DNA from: an uncultured Dehalococcoidales bacterium
GTDB taxonomy: Bacteria; Chloroflexota; Dehalococcoidia; E44-bin15
Assembly: GCA_964428725.1 (NCBI GenBank)
Contig: CAYRYW010000011.1
Coordinates: 144 to 64,143 of the forward strand
Reading direction: 5' to 3'
DNA: 64,000 nucleotides
Within the stretch, counting starts at the first letter, position 1, and each line of letters opens with the position of its first letter. This document shows, in pieces, positions 53,647 through 61,444 of the stretch. The position numbers and the translations under genes are program-made. The notes under the pieces are model-generated. The model was not told the origin of the DNA, did not search any database, and saw nothing but the letters and a program-made list of their open reading frames with translations.

Positions 53647-55914
53647 ATGGCAGCTAGAAATCCAGTGAAGATGGACCCAACACGTTCGCAGACATTGCGT
53701 CGGGTTGCGCAGGCGGATATTCGTAGGCGATACCGGAAGGTGAAGGCGGCTCTATTTGACTTGGTCGTCAGGGAGGATGCGTTTGGTCTGGCAGGTCCGA
53801 AATCTATATTGCTGGCAGGAAACCAGCGGTTCCGATTCCAGTCGACCCCGGAGCAATTGGCGGGATTCCGCCAGTGGCTGGAGGACCAACTCAACACGCA
53901 GATGCGTGGGATCAAGATCGAGGATTTAGACGAAGCATTCCTCGAAAAGTACATTGAGGAAGGCTATAGGAAGGGGGCTGGTCGTGCATTTGATGATACA
54001 CGCAAGGCGGCTTTACAAACGGGCGAAGACGTATCTGGCTTCTATCAGGGTACCCGGGAGGAATTCCTTCGTTCTAGCTTTGCTCAGCCTGTGCAACAGG
54101 AGAAGGTGAAGACCCTGGCCGCCAGGACGATGACGGACCTGAAGGGTGCTACGAGTGATTTGGCGACCAAATTAAGCAGAGCATTGACTGACGGATTAGT
54201 GCAAGGTGACAACCCACGCAAGATCGCGAGGGACATGGCAGCGATTGTGAACGGGAATAGGCGGCGAGCTGAACTGATTGCCAGGACCGAGATTATTCGG
54301 GCGCACGCGGAAGGCCAGCTAGACGCCATGGAGAGGCTAGGCGTCGAAGAGGTGGGCGTGCAGGTTGAGTGGAGTACTGCTGGAGACGATAGGGTATGTT
54401 TCCCGGCGTTTACGATGGTGACGACGCTGGACGGCGACATTCCCATTCAGGCTGTCCGTCCTGGAATGATGGTACTAACGCGCAAAGGATACAAGAGGGT
54501 CACTGCAGCTACGAAGAGAGACTATAGCGGAAAGATGGTTAGCATTGCGGCCGGGAAGCATCACGTAACGGCGACGTCAGATCATCCATTCTGGGATCGC
54601 GTGAAACAGGGCTGGATTCCGGCCGATGCACTATCCGTGGGCGACACGTTGGAGTCGTTCAAAGACGAGGGCGTCAAGATCGACAGCGTTTTTGATTTCA
54701 GACTCTCTTATTCGCACAACAGTCCACCCATTGCTGGTGAGGTAGGCATCTTTTCTTGCGTCTTTGGATGGGTCCCTGTGCCAGTAGTCACCGTCGACTT
54801 CGAGGGCTATCCTTGGGGACTCCAAGAGAAAGTCAATCGCGTATCTACCAAGGGCAGCTTCCTTGATATATTCAATGCCGAGGTTATCAAGAGAAAGTCG
54901 CACATCACGCTCTATCGTTGTTTCCGAAGTGGAACGTCTATAGCACGCCAGGCTGCAAAACCGCTTGTCTGTCTGGGAAGGGCATCTGCGAAAGCGTTTC
55001 CCACAAGTGTCGCACTTAATGTAGTCAGGAGGTCTTCTGCATTCCTCGGAGCAATGCTTCCTGTCAAGTCCACGCGCAATGTCGGAGCCTTTGTGCCAAA
55101 AGCGAGTGCCGCATGTTTGGCACGCGCGCCATTCGCCGGCCATATGCTCCCTCTTGCACGCGATAGAGCAGTAGTTGTATCTGTGTTGAACACTCTTGTT
55201 GATGGTGAAGTTGGAGCCACAGCCGACACAAGTCTTGGTGACGACGACCTTTTGCCTGCTGGCGTCGTAGCATTCCCTGCAGCAGAATTGGCGAGTGTTT
55301 CGTTTACTCCTGTGGACAAGCTTTCCGCATGTTGGGCAAGCACGGTCTCCGCCATTTTTTCGGCTCTCAAAGTAGCACGCTCTAGAGCAAAATACATTTG
55401 TGCAGCCGTCTTTGAGCGACTGCGTGTGTCTGGCGAACGATTGGTTGCATATGCTGCAAGCAAACTGAAATGGCATGGGCGACCGCTCCTGAGTGATATA
55501 ACCGTACTATATCATCGGCTGGCCAGAAAGGCAATAGCGGTGTATGACATACAGGTTGAGGACGAGCCGGAATTCTTCGCGAATGGCCTATTGGTGCATA
55601 ACTGCACTCTATGCAAACCTCTTGATGGAATAGTGGTCACACTGAAGGAAGCGAGGGGCAAGATACCGCGCCACCCAAACTGTCGGTGTGCGTGGACCCC
55701 AGCCAACGTGGGTGAAAACCAGTCTGGCCAGAAACGCAGTAAGTCCTCGATAGCCAAGTCTATTAGTGCCTCCTTGGCGGCAGAAATACCGCAACGCAGC
55801 AAGCGAACGATTGCCCAGCAGAAACGCCGGACGAGTTGGGCTGGTGTTGATACGCCAATAGCGGCGAAGCGGCCCAGGAAATTTGTCTCTCCGGCACGGG
55901 GGCGGAAGAAATGA
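53647..55914 (+). CDS. Head morphogenesis protein (Mu F / SPP1 gp7 family) interrupted by an intein
   Basis: 'ARTEIIRAHAEGQLDAM...VEWSTAGDDRV|C' continues after 402 aa with 'CTLCKPLDGIVV...IPRHPNCRCAWTP', restoring the family motif D.RVC..C..LDG...HPNCRC. Confidence 0.85.
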   Translation: MAARNPVKMDPTRSQTLRRVAQADIRRRYRKVKAALFDLVVREDAFGLAGPKSILLAGNQRFRFQSTPEQLAGFRQWLEDQLNTQMRGIKIEDLDEAFLEKYIEEGYRKGAGRAFDDTRKAALQTGEDVSGFYQGTREEFLRSSFAQPVQQEKVKTLAARTMTDLKGATSDLATKLSRALTDGLVQGDNPRKIARDMAAIVNGNRRRAELIARTEIIRAHAEGQLDAMERLGVEEVGVQVEWSTAGDDRVCFPAFTMVTTLDGDIPIQAVRPGMMVLTRKGYKRVTAATKRDYSGKMVSIAAGKHHVTATSDHPFWDRVKQGWIPADALSVGDTLESFKDEGVKIDSVFDFRLSYSHNSPPIAGEVGIFSCVFGWVPVPVVTVDFEGYPWGLQEKVNRVSTKGSFLDIFNAEVIKRKSHITLYRCFRSGTSIARQAAKPLVCLGRASAKAFPTSVALNVVRRSSAFLGAMLPVKSTRNVGAFVPKASAACLARAPFAGHMLPLARDRAVVVSVLNTLVDGEVGATADTSLGDDDLLPAGVVAFPAAELASVSFTPVDKLSACWASTVSAIFSALKVARSRAKYICAAVFERLRVSGERLVAYAASKLKWHGRPLLSDITVLYHRLARKAIAVYDIQVEDEPEFFANGLLVHNCTLCKPLDGIVVTLKEARGKIPRHPNCRCAWTPANVGENQSGQKRSKSSIAKSISASLAAEIPQRSKRTIAQQKRRTSWAGVDTPIAAKRPRKFVSPARGRKK
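54397..55602 (+). mobile_element. Intein (Hint domain), 402 aa
   Basis: Block A 'CFPAFTMVTTLDGDIPIQAVRPGMMV', block B 'VTATSDHPF' (TxxH) and blocks F/G 'VYDIQVEDEPEFFANGLLVHN' followed by the +1 Cys. Confidence 0.75.
54631..55476 (-). CDS. Five-fold zinc-ribbon plus DUF559/Vsr-like (PD-(D/E)xK) endonuclease, nested antisense inside the intein
   Basis: Five 'CxxCG...(F/Y/H)C(S/C)xxC' modules, then 'GRYAIDFLLESPRIALEVDGDYWHRD...LTSNGWTVVRI'. It has its own AGGAG RBS 9 nt upstream of the ATG on the minus strand. Confidence 0.75.
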   Translation of the reverse strand: MPFQFACSICNQSFARHTQSLKDGCTNVFCSRACYFESRKNGGDRACPTCGKLVHRSKRNTRQFCCRECYDASRQKVVVTKTCVGCGSNFTINKSVQHRYNYCSIACKREHMAGEWRACQTCGTRFWHKGSDIARGLDRKHCSEECRRPPDYIKCDTCGKRFRRCPSQTDKRFCSLACYRRSTSETTIERDVRLSLDNLGIEYIKEAALGRYAIDFLLESPRIALEVDGDYWHRDPSKDARKDAYLTSNGWTVVRIRESEIKNAVDLDALVFERLQRVAHG

Positions 55915-56150
55915 CCAATCTATCAGTACCTCAACAAATAGTCCTAGAGCTATTATCGGATGGGCTGCCTCACACGAAGGACGAAATTCGCGAGGCCCTC
56001 GAAAAGCCGGACATGTCAAACGTCACGTTACGTAGCGTGATCTACAGGGCGAGGCGTAATCTTGCTGGGACCGGACAGACGATTGTCTGTGAGTATTTCC
56101 ATCGGAAAACGCACTACCGATGGGTCCGGTTGCTATCTAGTGGGGAGTAG
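55911..56150 (+). CDS. Small winged-helix-like DNA-binding protein
   Basis: 'QQIVLELLSDGLPHTKDEIREAL' is wHTH-like; ATGA overlap. Confidence 0.4.
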   Translation: MTNLSVPQQIVLELLSDGLPHTKDEIREALEKPDMSNVTLRSVIYRARRNLAGTGQTIVCEYFHRKTHYRWVRLLSSGE

Positions 56151-56218
56151 CCACCCCAGGGGTGAGAAACCATGCACTCTGCTTGCCTGAAGATAACTGA
56201 CACGTTTATCTTCGGCGC

Positions 56219-57733
56219 ATGGAAAACCTCACACTCAACTTTGTGGGCAAGGCCGAATTCCGCAGTGACAACGGCACGGAATATCTAGTTGCCCCTCTAA
56301 CGCTGATTGTACCGGGCGTGCTCAATGGTAGTGCTGGTCCGCTGTATTACCCGGCGGACGAAATAGCCAAGAGCCGCGAATCGTGGAACGGCGTGCCTCT
56401 CGTCGTCAATCATCCGACTGTTAACGGTGAGTCGGTCTCTGTTAAGACGGATGGCGTCCTGGATGAATTCGGGATAGGTCACATTCGCAACGCCTCGATC
56501 GATGGTCGCGGTCACCTCAAGGCTGAAGGGTGGTTTGCGGTCGACCAGACTTCCAAAGTCGACAAGCGAATTCTTACATCGCTTCAAGACCGCCGTCCAA
56601 TCGAATTATCTACTGGGCTCATGACCGAGAATGAGCACGCTCCAGGCGCGACACCAACAGGGGATGTCTACACGTACATAGCGCGGAATTACGAGCCGGA
56701 TCACCTGGCGATTCTGCCGGACCAAGTAGGAGCATGTTCCATTAAGGACGGATGCGGGGTACTGATGAATGAACAAGCGGAGGATGGCAGTGGTGCAAGT
56801 GCGGGGCCCACGAAAACCACAGTAGGGAACGAGTTATCGATAGACACGATCAAGGATGTGCTGAGGCAGCAGCTTCGGGATCGGTTTAGTACTGGCGCCG
56901 GATTGGACACGGTGTACCTGGAGGACTTATTCCAGAACCGCGTGGTCTTCCTTCGCAAGGAGCGATACTTCTCTTTGCCCTACACGCGAACTCGCGAAAA
57001 GGTCGTGCTGTCTGGCGATTTGCCAACGGAAGTAATCAAGGTAGTCAGGTGGAAGCCTGTAAACGGAAAAATGCTGAATTCGGAGGGTGACACTATGTCC
57101 CTGAGTGATGAGAAACGTCTTGAGATGGTCGACAGCTTGATTGAAAACTCTTGCTGCTACGACGAGACGAATCGTTCTGATCTGATGGATTTGAATGATG
57201 CGATGCTTACCAACGCTGTCAAGGCAGTCGAGAAAGTCGCGGAAGAGTCCTTGGTTGCGAACGCCGCAAAGGAAGGATTCGAGGACGCGGATGGAAATCG
57301 GCACACGTATGACGCCGACAAGAAAACATGGGCTACCGTGCCGAAGGAGCCGGTGGAGAACGCGACAAACACAGAGGAAGAGATGGACGAGAAGAAAGCA
57401 AGCAAGCCAATGACCGAAAACGAATGGCTTGAATCGGCTCCGGAAAGCGTGCAGAACACATTCCGCCATGCTCAGGTTCTTGAGCAGCGAGAGAAAGATG
57501 CCATTGTCGAGAAGCTGATTGGAAACGTCGGCGACGACAAGAAAGAATCGGTGGCGAAGGTGCTCAATTCCAAGAGCCTCGACGAATTGACTGTATTGGC
57601 ATCGCTTGCGCCGAAGGAAGAACCGCCGCAACAGCACTTTATTGGGGCGTCAGCAGTGGACAACATGGGCCGACCTGGCATGGATCAGGCGTCGGAGGAC
57701 CACTTGCTGTTGCCTGGTGAAGCAGGCGAGTAG
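56219..57733 (+). CDS. Scaffolding / prohead maturation protein candidate (DUF2213-like N-terminus)
   Basis: 504 aa between the MuF-like and capsid genes. N-terminal 'YLVAPLTLIVPGVLNGSAGPLYYPADEI...WNGVPLVVNHP' and an acidic, helical C-terminal half. Confidence 0.5.
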   Translation: MENLTLNFVGKAEFRSDNGTEYLVAPLTLIVPGVLNGSAGPLYYPADEIAKSRESWNGVPLVVNHPTVNGESVSVKTDGVLDEFGIGHIRNASIDGRGHLKAEGWFAVDQTSKVDKRILTSLQDRRPIELSTGLMTENEHAPGATPTGDVYTYIARNYEPDHLAILPDQVGACSIKDGCGVLMNEQAEDGSGASAGPTKTTVGNELSIDTIKDVLRQQLRDRFSTGAGLDTVYLEDLFQNRVVFLRKERYFSLPYTRTREKVVLSGDLPTEVIKVVRWKPVNGKMLNSEGDTMSLSDEKRLEMVDSLIENSCCYDETNRSDLMDLNDAMLTNAVKAVEKVAEESLVANAAKEGFEDADGNRHTYDADKKTWATVPKEPVENATNTEEEMDEKKASKPMTENEWLESAPESVQNTFRHAQVLEQREKDAIVEKLIGNVGDDKKESVAKVLNSKSLDELTVLASLAPKEEPPQQHFIGASAVDNMGRPGMDQASEDHLLLPGEAGE

Positions 57734-57789
57734 TCAACACACGCAAGCAAGCCAGTGCGTATAAGGCATTGGAATAAGGAGAACACACT

Positions 57790-58269
57790 ATGACAGGCAC
57801 GAAGATCATTGCTTCGGCAGAGCCCAAGGGGGTATTTAAGGAAGGCTTTCTGGCTTCCGGGCAGACCCCGAAGCCGGGTGTCGTGATGATGAAGTCCGCT
57901 GCCACGGAGCCGGTGAACGGACGGTACGAGTGGACTGTTTACGCACCGGGCACTGACGGGAACCGTCGGCTTGTTGCGGTGCTACTCGAAGACGAATTGC
58001 AAGGCAGGACTTATGACGACGCCTACGAGGCTGGGTCTACGTGCTACCTTTATGTTCCCGTCATGGGCGAGAAACTGAACATGCGATATCAGGACGTTGC
58101 AGGTACCGGCGACAGCAAGGCGATCGGTGATATGCAGATTGTCGACTCGGGGACTGGCAAGTTGATTGCTACGACTGGAACGCCGGAATCCGAGCCGTTC
58201 GAGTGCATCGAAACATCAACCAATCCAGTAGCGGACACGCTGCTACTGTCGGAATACACTGGATACTAA
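57790..58269 (+). CDS. Head decoration-like protein (paralogue A)
   Basis: 159 aa, immediately upstream of the capsid gene. Strongly similar to the next ORF. Confidence 0.45.
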   Translation: MTGTKIIASAEPKGVFKEGFLASGQTPKPGVVMMKSAATEPVNGRYEWTVYAPGTDGNRRLVAVLLEDELQGRTYDDAYEAGSTCYLYVPVMGEKLNMRYQDVAGTGDSKAIGDMQIVDSGTGKLIATTGTPESEPFECIETSTNPVADTLLLSEYTGY

Positions 58270-58287
58270 TCCGGAAGGGATTGAGAT

Positions 58288-58779
58288 ATGACTGGCGACA
58301 AAATCATTGCCACGGCTTACCCCAAGGGGGTGTTCATTGAGGGGATTGTGGATTCCTCGATCACGCCGAAGCCTGGCACCCTAATGGTGCGAAAAGGCAG
58401 CACGGAAATGGTGAATGGCAAATTCACTTACACCGACGTATTGGATCGCCTGAACGAGGGCGATGACGGAATCCGGGTTACTATTGCCATTCTGATCGAA
58501 GACGAATTGCAAGGGAAGAACTACGACGATGCCTATTCTGGAGGCGAGACGTGCTTCCTGTATTGCCCGGCACCAGGCGAGCAATTCAACATGCGGGTGG
58601 CCGATGTGTCCGGTACTGGTGACGATCACGCAATCGGCGATTTGTTCATAGCGCAAACGACCACGGGCAAGTTGATTGCTACGACGGGCTCACCTGAGGC
58701 CGAGCCGTTCGAGTGCCTGGAGACATCAACCAATCCGACGTCGGAGCAGCTGCTGCTCTGTGAATACACGGGATACTAA
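58288..58779 (+). CDS. Head decoration-like protein (paralogue B)
   Basis: 163 aa sharing 'KGVF.EG...TPKPG', 'LLEDELQG..YDDAY', 'GKLIATTG.PE.EPFEC.ETSTNP' and 'EYTGY' with paralogue A. Confidence 0.45.
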   Translation: MTGDKIIATAYPKGVFIEGIVDSSITPKPGTLMVRKGSTEMVNGKFTYTDVLDRLNEGDDGIRVTIAILIEDELQGKNYDDAYSGGETCFLYCPAPGEQFNMRVADVSGTGDDHAIGDLFIAQTTTGKLIATTGSPEAEPFECLETSTNPTSEQLLLCEYTGY

Positions 58780-58823
58780 TGTCTTGCCAAGTGTGCAAGT
58801 AACTGACATACGAGGAGAAACAC

Positions 58824-59987
58824 ATGTTTACATCTGATTTCATCATCAACGGCCAGGGAGTTGGCGACGTTGGCGAGCGGTTCCATAACCAATATCGGTT
58901 CGAGCCGCGATTGCTGCGTCCATTTGTTGGTCGTGATGGAAAAGCGTACGTGACGGTAAAGACGGGCCGGCAGCTTGTCGACAACAAAACTGGCAAGAGC
59001 AAGCCGGAATACCGCACGGTAACGGTGAACGATGCACGGCATCATGGATTTGACATTCCCATGGACGTGACGAATGCAACGTCCTTGCGTAAGGATGAGT
59101 GGATCAAATTCGATGAAGCGGTTGTCATGGCTACCCGTCAGCGATTGCGAGCGTGGACGGATTTGGCCAGTGCAAATTCCTATGGCGGATTCGATGGCAT
59201 GTCCAAGACGATCCTGGAACACGAAACGCAAAGTGATCCGGGTGAGGCGATGGTCGACATGCACGGCACGACCGAGGGTCGCAACGATGCACCGTTGTAC
59301 AAGCTGGAGGGAATGCCGCTGCCGATTACGCATGCGGATTTCTTCATCAAGCATCGTACCTTGATGCAGTCGAGAAACATGGGCTCGCCATTGGACACAA
59401 CCACGGCCGAGGCCGCTGGGCGGCGTGTGGCTGAGCAGATCGAAAAGTCGGTCATTGGCACGGTGACGCCGTATGCGTATGGCGTGAGCACTGCGTACAG
59501 CCAAACGTCGAAGGTCTATGGGTACACGACCCATCCGGCGCGTAACACGAAGACTGACGTAACGACACCTACGGGAGTCAGCACGAACGCCACGACCGTG
59601 TCCGAAGTCTTGGGCATGATTAAGACGCTGAACGACGACGGATTCTATGGTCCGTTCATGATGTACCATTCGACGGATTGGGCTCCATTCATGGACGCCG
59701 ATTATTCGGCGAACAAGGGCGACAATACGCTTCGGGACCGGCTGAAGAAGATCGACTCTATCAGCGACGTGCGACAACTGGATTTCCTGACTAGTACGTT
59801 TACCCTGATTCTCGTCCAGATGACGGCCGACGTGGCACGAGCCATCAATGGCATGGACATAACCACGTTGCGTTGGGAGACTCGCGGCGGAATGCAGATC
59901 AACTATAAGGTCATGGCAATCCAAGTGCCGCAAATTCGCGACGACTACAACAACAACTGCGGCATCATGCACGCGACTACTGCGTAG
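58824..59987 (+). CDS. Major capsid protein (HK97-fold, encapsulin-like family)
   Basis: 387 aa with a GAGGAGAAACAC RBS. 'PLPITHADFFIKHRTL...GSPLDTTTAEAAGRRVAEQIEKSVIG' resembles the encapsulin/linocin-like MCP pattern. A terminator hairpin follows. Confidence 0.75.
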   Translation: MFTSDFIINGQGVGDVGERFHNQYRFEPRLLRPFVGRDGKAYVTVKTGRQLVDNKTGKSKPEYRTVTVNDARHHGFDIPMDVTNATSLRKDEWIKFDEAVVMATRQRLRAWTDLASANSYGGFDGMSKTILEHETQSDPGEAMVDMHGTTEGRNDAPLYKLEGMPLPITHADFFIKHRTLMQSRNMGSPLDTTTAEAAGRRVAEQIEKSVIGTVTPYAYGVSTAYSQTSKVYGYTTHPARNTKTDVTTPTGVSTNATTVSEVLGMIKTLNDDGFYGPFMMYHSTDWAPFMDADYSANKGDNTLRDRLKKIDSISDVRQLDFLTSTFTLILVQMTADVARAINGMDITTLRWETRGGMQINYKVMAIQVPQIRDDYNNNCGIMHATTA

Positions 59988-59998
59988 TCTTCTTGGGC

Positions 59999-60046
59999 TC
60001 CTCCCGGCGGTGTGTGCCCCTGTTGCGCATCGCCGGGGGGCTTATT
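59999..60046 (+). terminator. Intrinsic-terminator-like hairpin after the capsid gene
   Basis: CCTCCCGGCG (59999-60008) pairs with CGCCGGGGGG (60030-60039), followed by CTTATTT. Confidence 0.4.
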
Positions 60047-60077
60047 TCGTGTGACAACAGGGCCCAAGGAGTAAGCA

Positions 60078-60443
60078 ATGGCTAAGTTGCGACAGTACCG
60101 CATTCTGAGCGGCAAGTACGAAGAGGGCGATGGCGAAAACAAGACCGTCTACGGCGCGAGAGATGGACATGGAAAGCTGCGTCCTGGGCTGAAAGATATC
60201 ATTGTCACCGAGAAGCCGCTTGACCGGTTATTCGGGAGTGACAAATTCCGGCTGATTAGCAGCGAAGAGGCTGAGCTGGGCGAAGCAACCAATTCCTTTT
60301 CGGATGAATTCCTGGCAGAGTTTGGGGAATTCACCGTAGCTGAATTAAAGACATTTGCCGCTGACGAAGGCATTCTCATTGATGGATGCACTCGGAAGCC
60401 AGAGATTCTTCAGGCCATCCAGGAAGCCCTAGCGGAGGCATGA
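60078..60443 (+). CDS. Hypothetical protein with Rho_N/SAP-like HeH motif
   Basis: The C-terminal 'FTVAELKTFAADEGILIDGCTRKPEILQAIQEAL' is HeH-like. Confidence 0.45.
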   Translation: MAKLRQYRILSGKYEEGDGENKTVYGARDGHGKLRPGLKDIIVTEKPLDRLFGSDKFRLISSEEAELGEATNSFSDEFLAEFGEFTVAELKTFAADEGILIDGCTRKPEILQAIQEALAEA

Positions 60444-60447
60444 TGCG

Positions 60448-60861
60448 ATGGCGTGGAGAACTTCACAATCTGAAGTCAGAGCGATTATCAGTACCGATCC
60501 GGATTTGAGCGTGGACCCGTTTATTGACACGGCGAACGCCCTGACGGACTATGTGGTATCGCAAGATTCCGGGAGTGTATTAACGGACGCTCTGACAAAG
60601 AAGATTGAGGAGAATCTCGCGGCGCATTTCTACGCCCATCGCGACTTGCAATACCACTCCAAGAGAACGGACGGGGCAAGCGCGGTATTCCAGGGCAAGA
60701 CGGACATGGGCCTTGATTCGACTCTGTGGGGACAGACCGCAAAACGACTAGACGTTACAGGCACGCTGACCCAACTCGATTCGACTCCAAGGCCCAAAGC
60801 TAGTGGGGTGTGGCTCGGACGGCCTCCCAGTGAGCAAACTGACTACAAGGACAGAGACTGA
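60448..60861 (+). CDS. Head-tail connector/adaptor candidate
   Basis: 137 aa at the usual position after the capsid gene. Confidence 0.45.
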   Translation: MAWRTSQSEVRAIISTDPDLSVDPFIDTANALTDYVVSQDSGSVLTDALTKKIEENLAAHFYAHRDLQYHSKRTDGASAVFQGKTDMGLDSTLWGQTAKRLDVTGTLTQLDSTPRPKASGVWLGRPPSEQTDYKDRD

Positions 60862-61232
60862 TGCCGGCAGTAGAGACTGATTGTTTGCACCAGAAGGCTG
60901 TTCTCTGGGAGGCTACGGGCTATTACGACAATGAGGGCGTTGCCACTGTTTCTGGAACGCCCGTGGAAATAAGCGTCCGCCACATCAACACCAGGGACGA
61001 GACGGTGAATAACCGGGGCGTTACGGTCGCGATTGATACGACGCTCATCGTAGACAGGGACATAACCGACGGAAGCATTCTCTGGCTTGGAAAAATGATA
61101 GATTTGCCTAGCCCATTGTCCAACCTGAAGCAGGTGGTTACGGTGCGGACTACTCCGGACATCAAGGGCAGAGAGATGCGTCGCGTGGTCCAAACGATTC
61201 GGGCAAGTGACACATTGCCGACTACGGAATAG
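60861..61232 (+). CDS. Head closure/adaptor candidate
   Basis: 123 aa; the ATG overlaps the upstream TGA. Confidence 0.4.
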   Translation: MPAVETDCLHQKAVLWEATGYYDNEGVATVSGTPVEISVRHINTRDETVNNRGVTVAIDTTLIVDRDITDGSILWLGKMIDLPSPLSNLKQVVTVRTTPDIKGREMRRVVQTIRASDTLPTTE

Positions 61233-61237
61233 CAGCA

Positions 61238-61444
61238 GTGGACAAGACAGAGTTTATCGACAAGGCTAGCGAGCAGTACGATGCGAGAGTCGCATTGGAA
61301 AACGCGGTGGTCGCAATGCGTGAGGCGTTGTCTATTGCTGAAAATGCCGAGCTGCGCGTATTTGTGAGAATCGGCATTAGTGAAATTAGGCTACCACCAG
61401 CGTTGCCGATAAGAATAGAAGACGGGCAAAAGGTGACATTATGA
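61238..61444 (+). CDS. Hypothetical small protein
   Basis: 68 aa with a GTG start; overlaps the next gene's start. Confidence 0.3.
   Translation: MDKTEFIDKASEQYDARVALENAVVAMREALSIAENAELRVFVRIGISEIRLPPALPIRIEDGQKVTL

Noticed and set aside
58776-59972. 398-aa minus-strand ORF exactly antisense to the major capsid gene.
   Set aside because: It is a shadow ORF in the mirror frame of a strongly coding + gene. It has an Arg/His/Val-rich composition, no RBS and no motifs. The same applies to 139-855 -, 2123-3037 -, 26005-26622 -, 29034-29735 -, 32290-32988 -, 43809-44357 - and 46058-46702 -.
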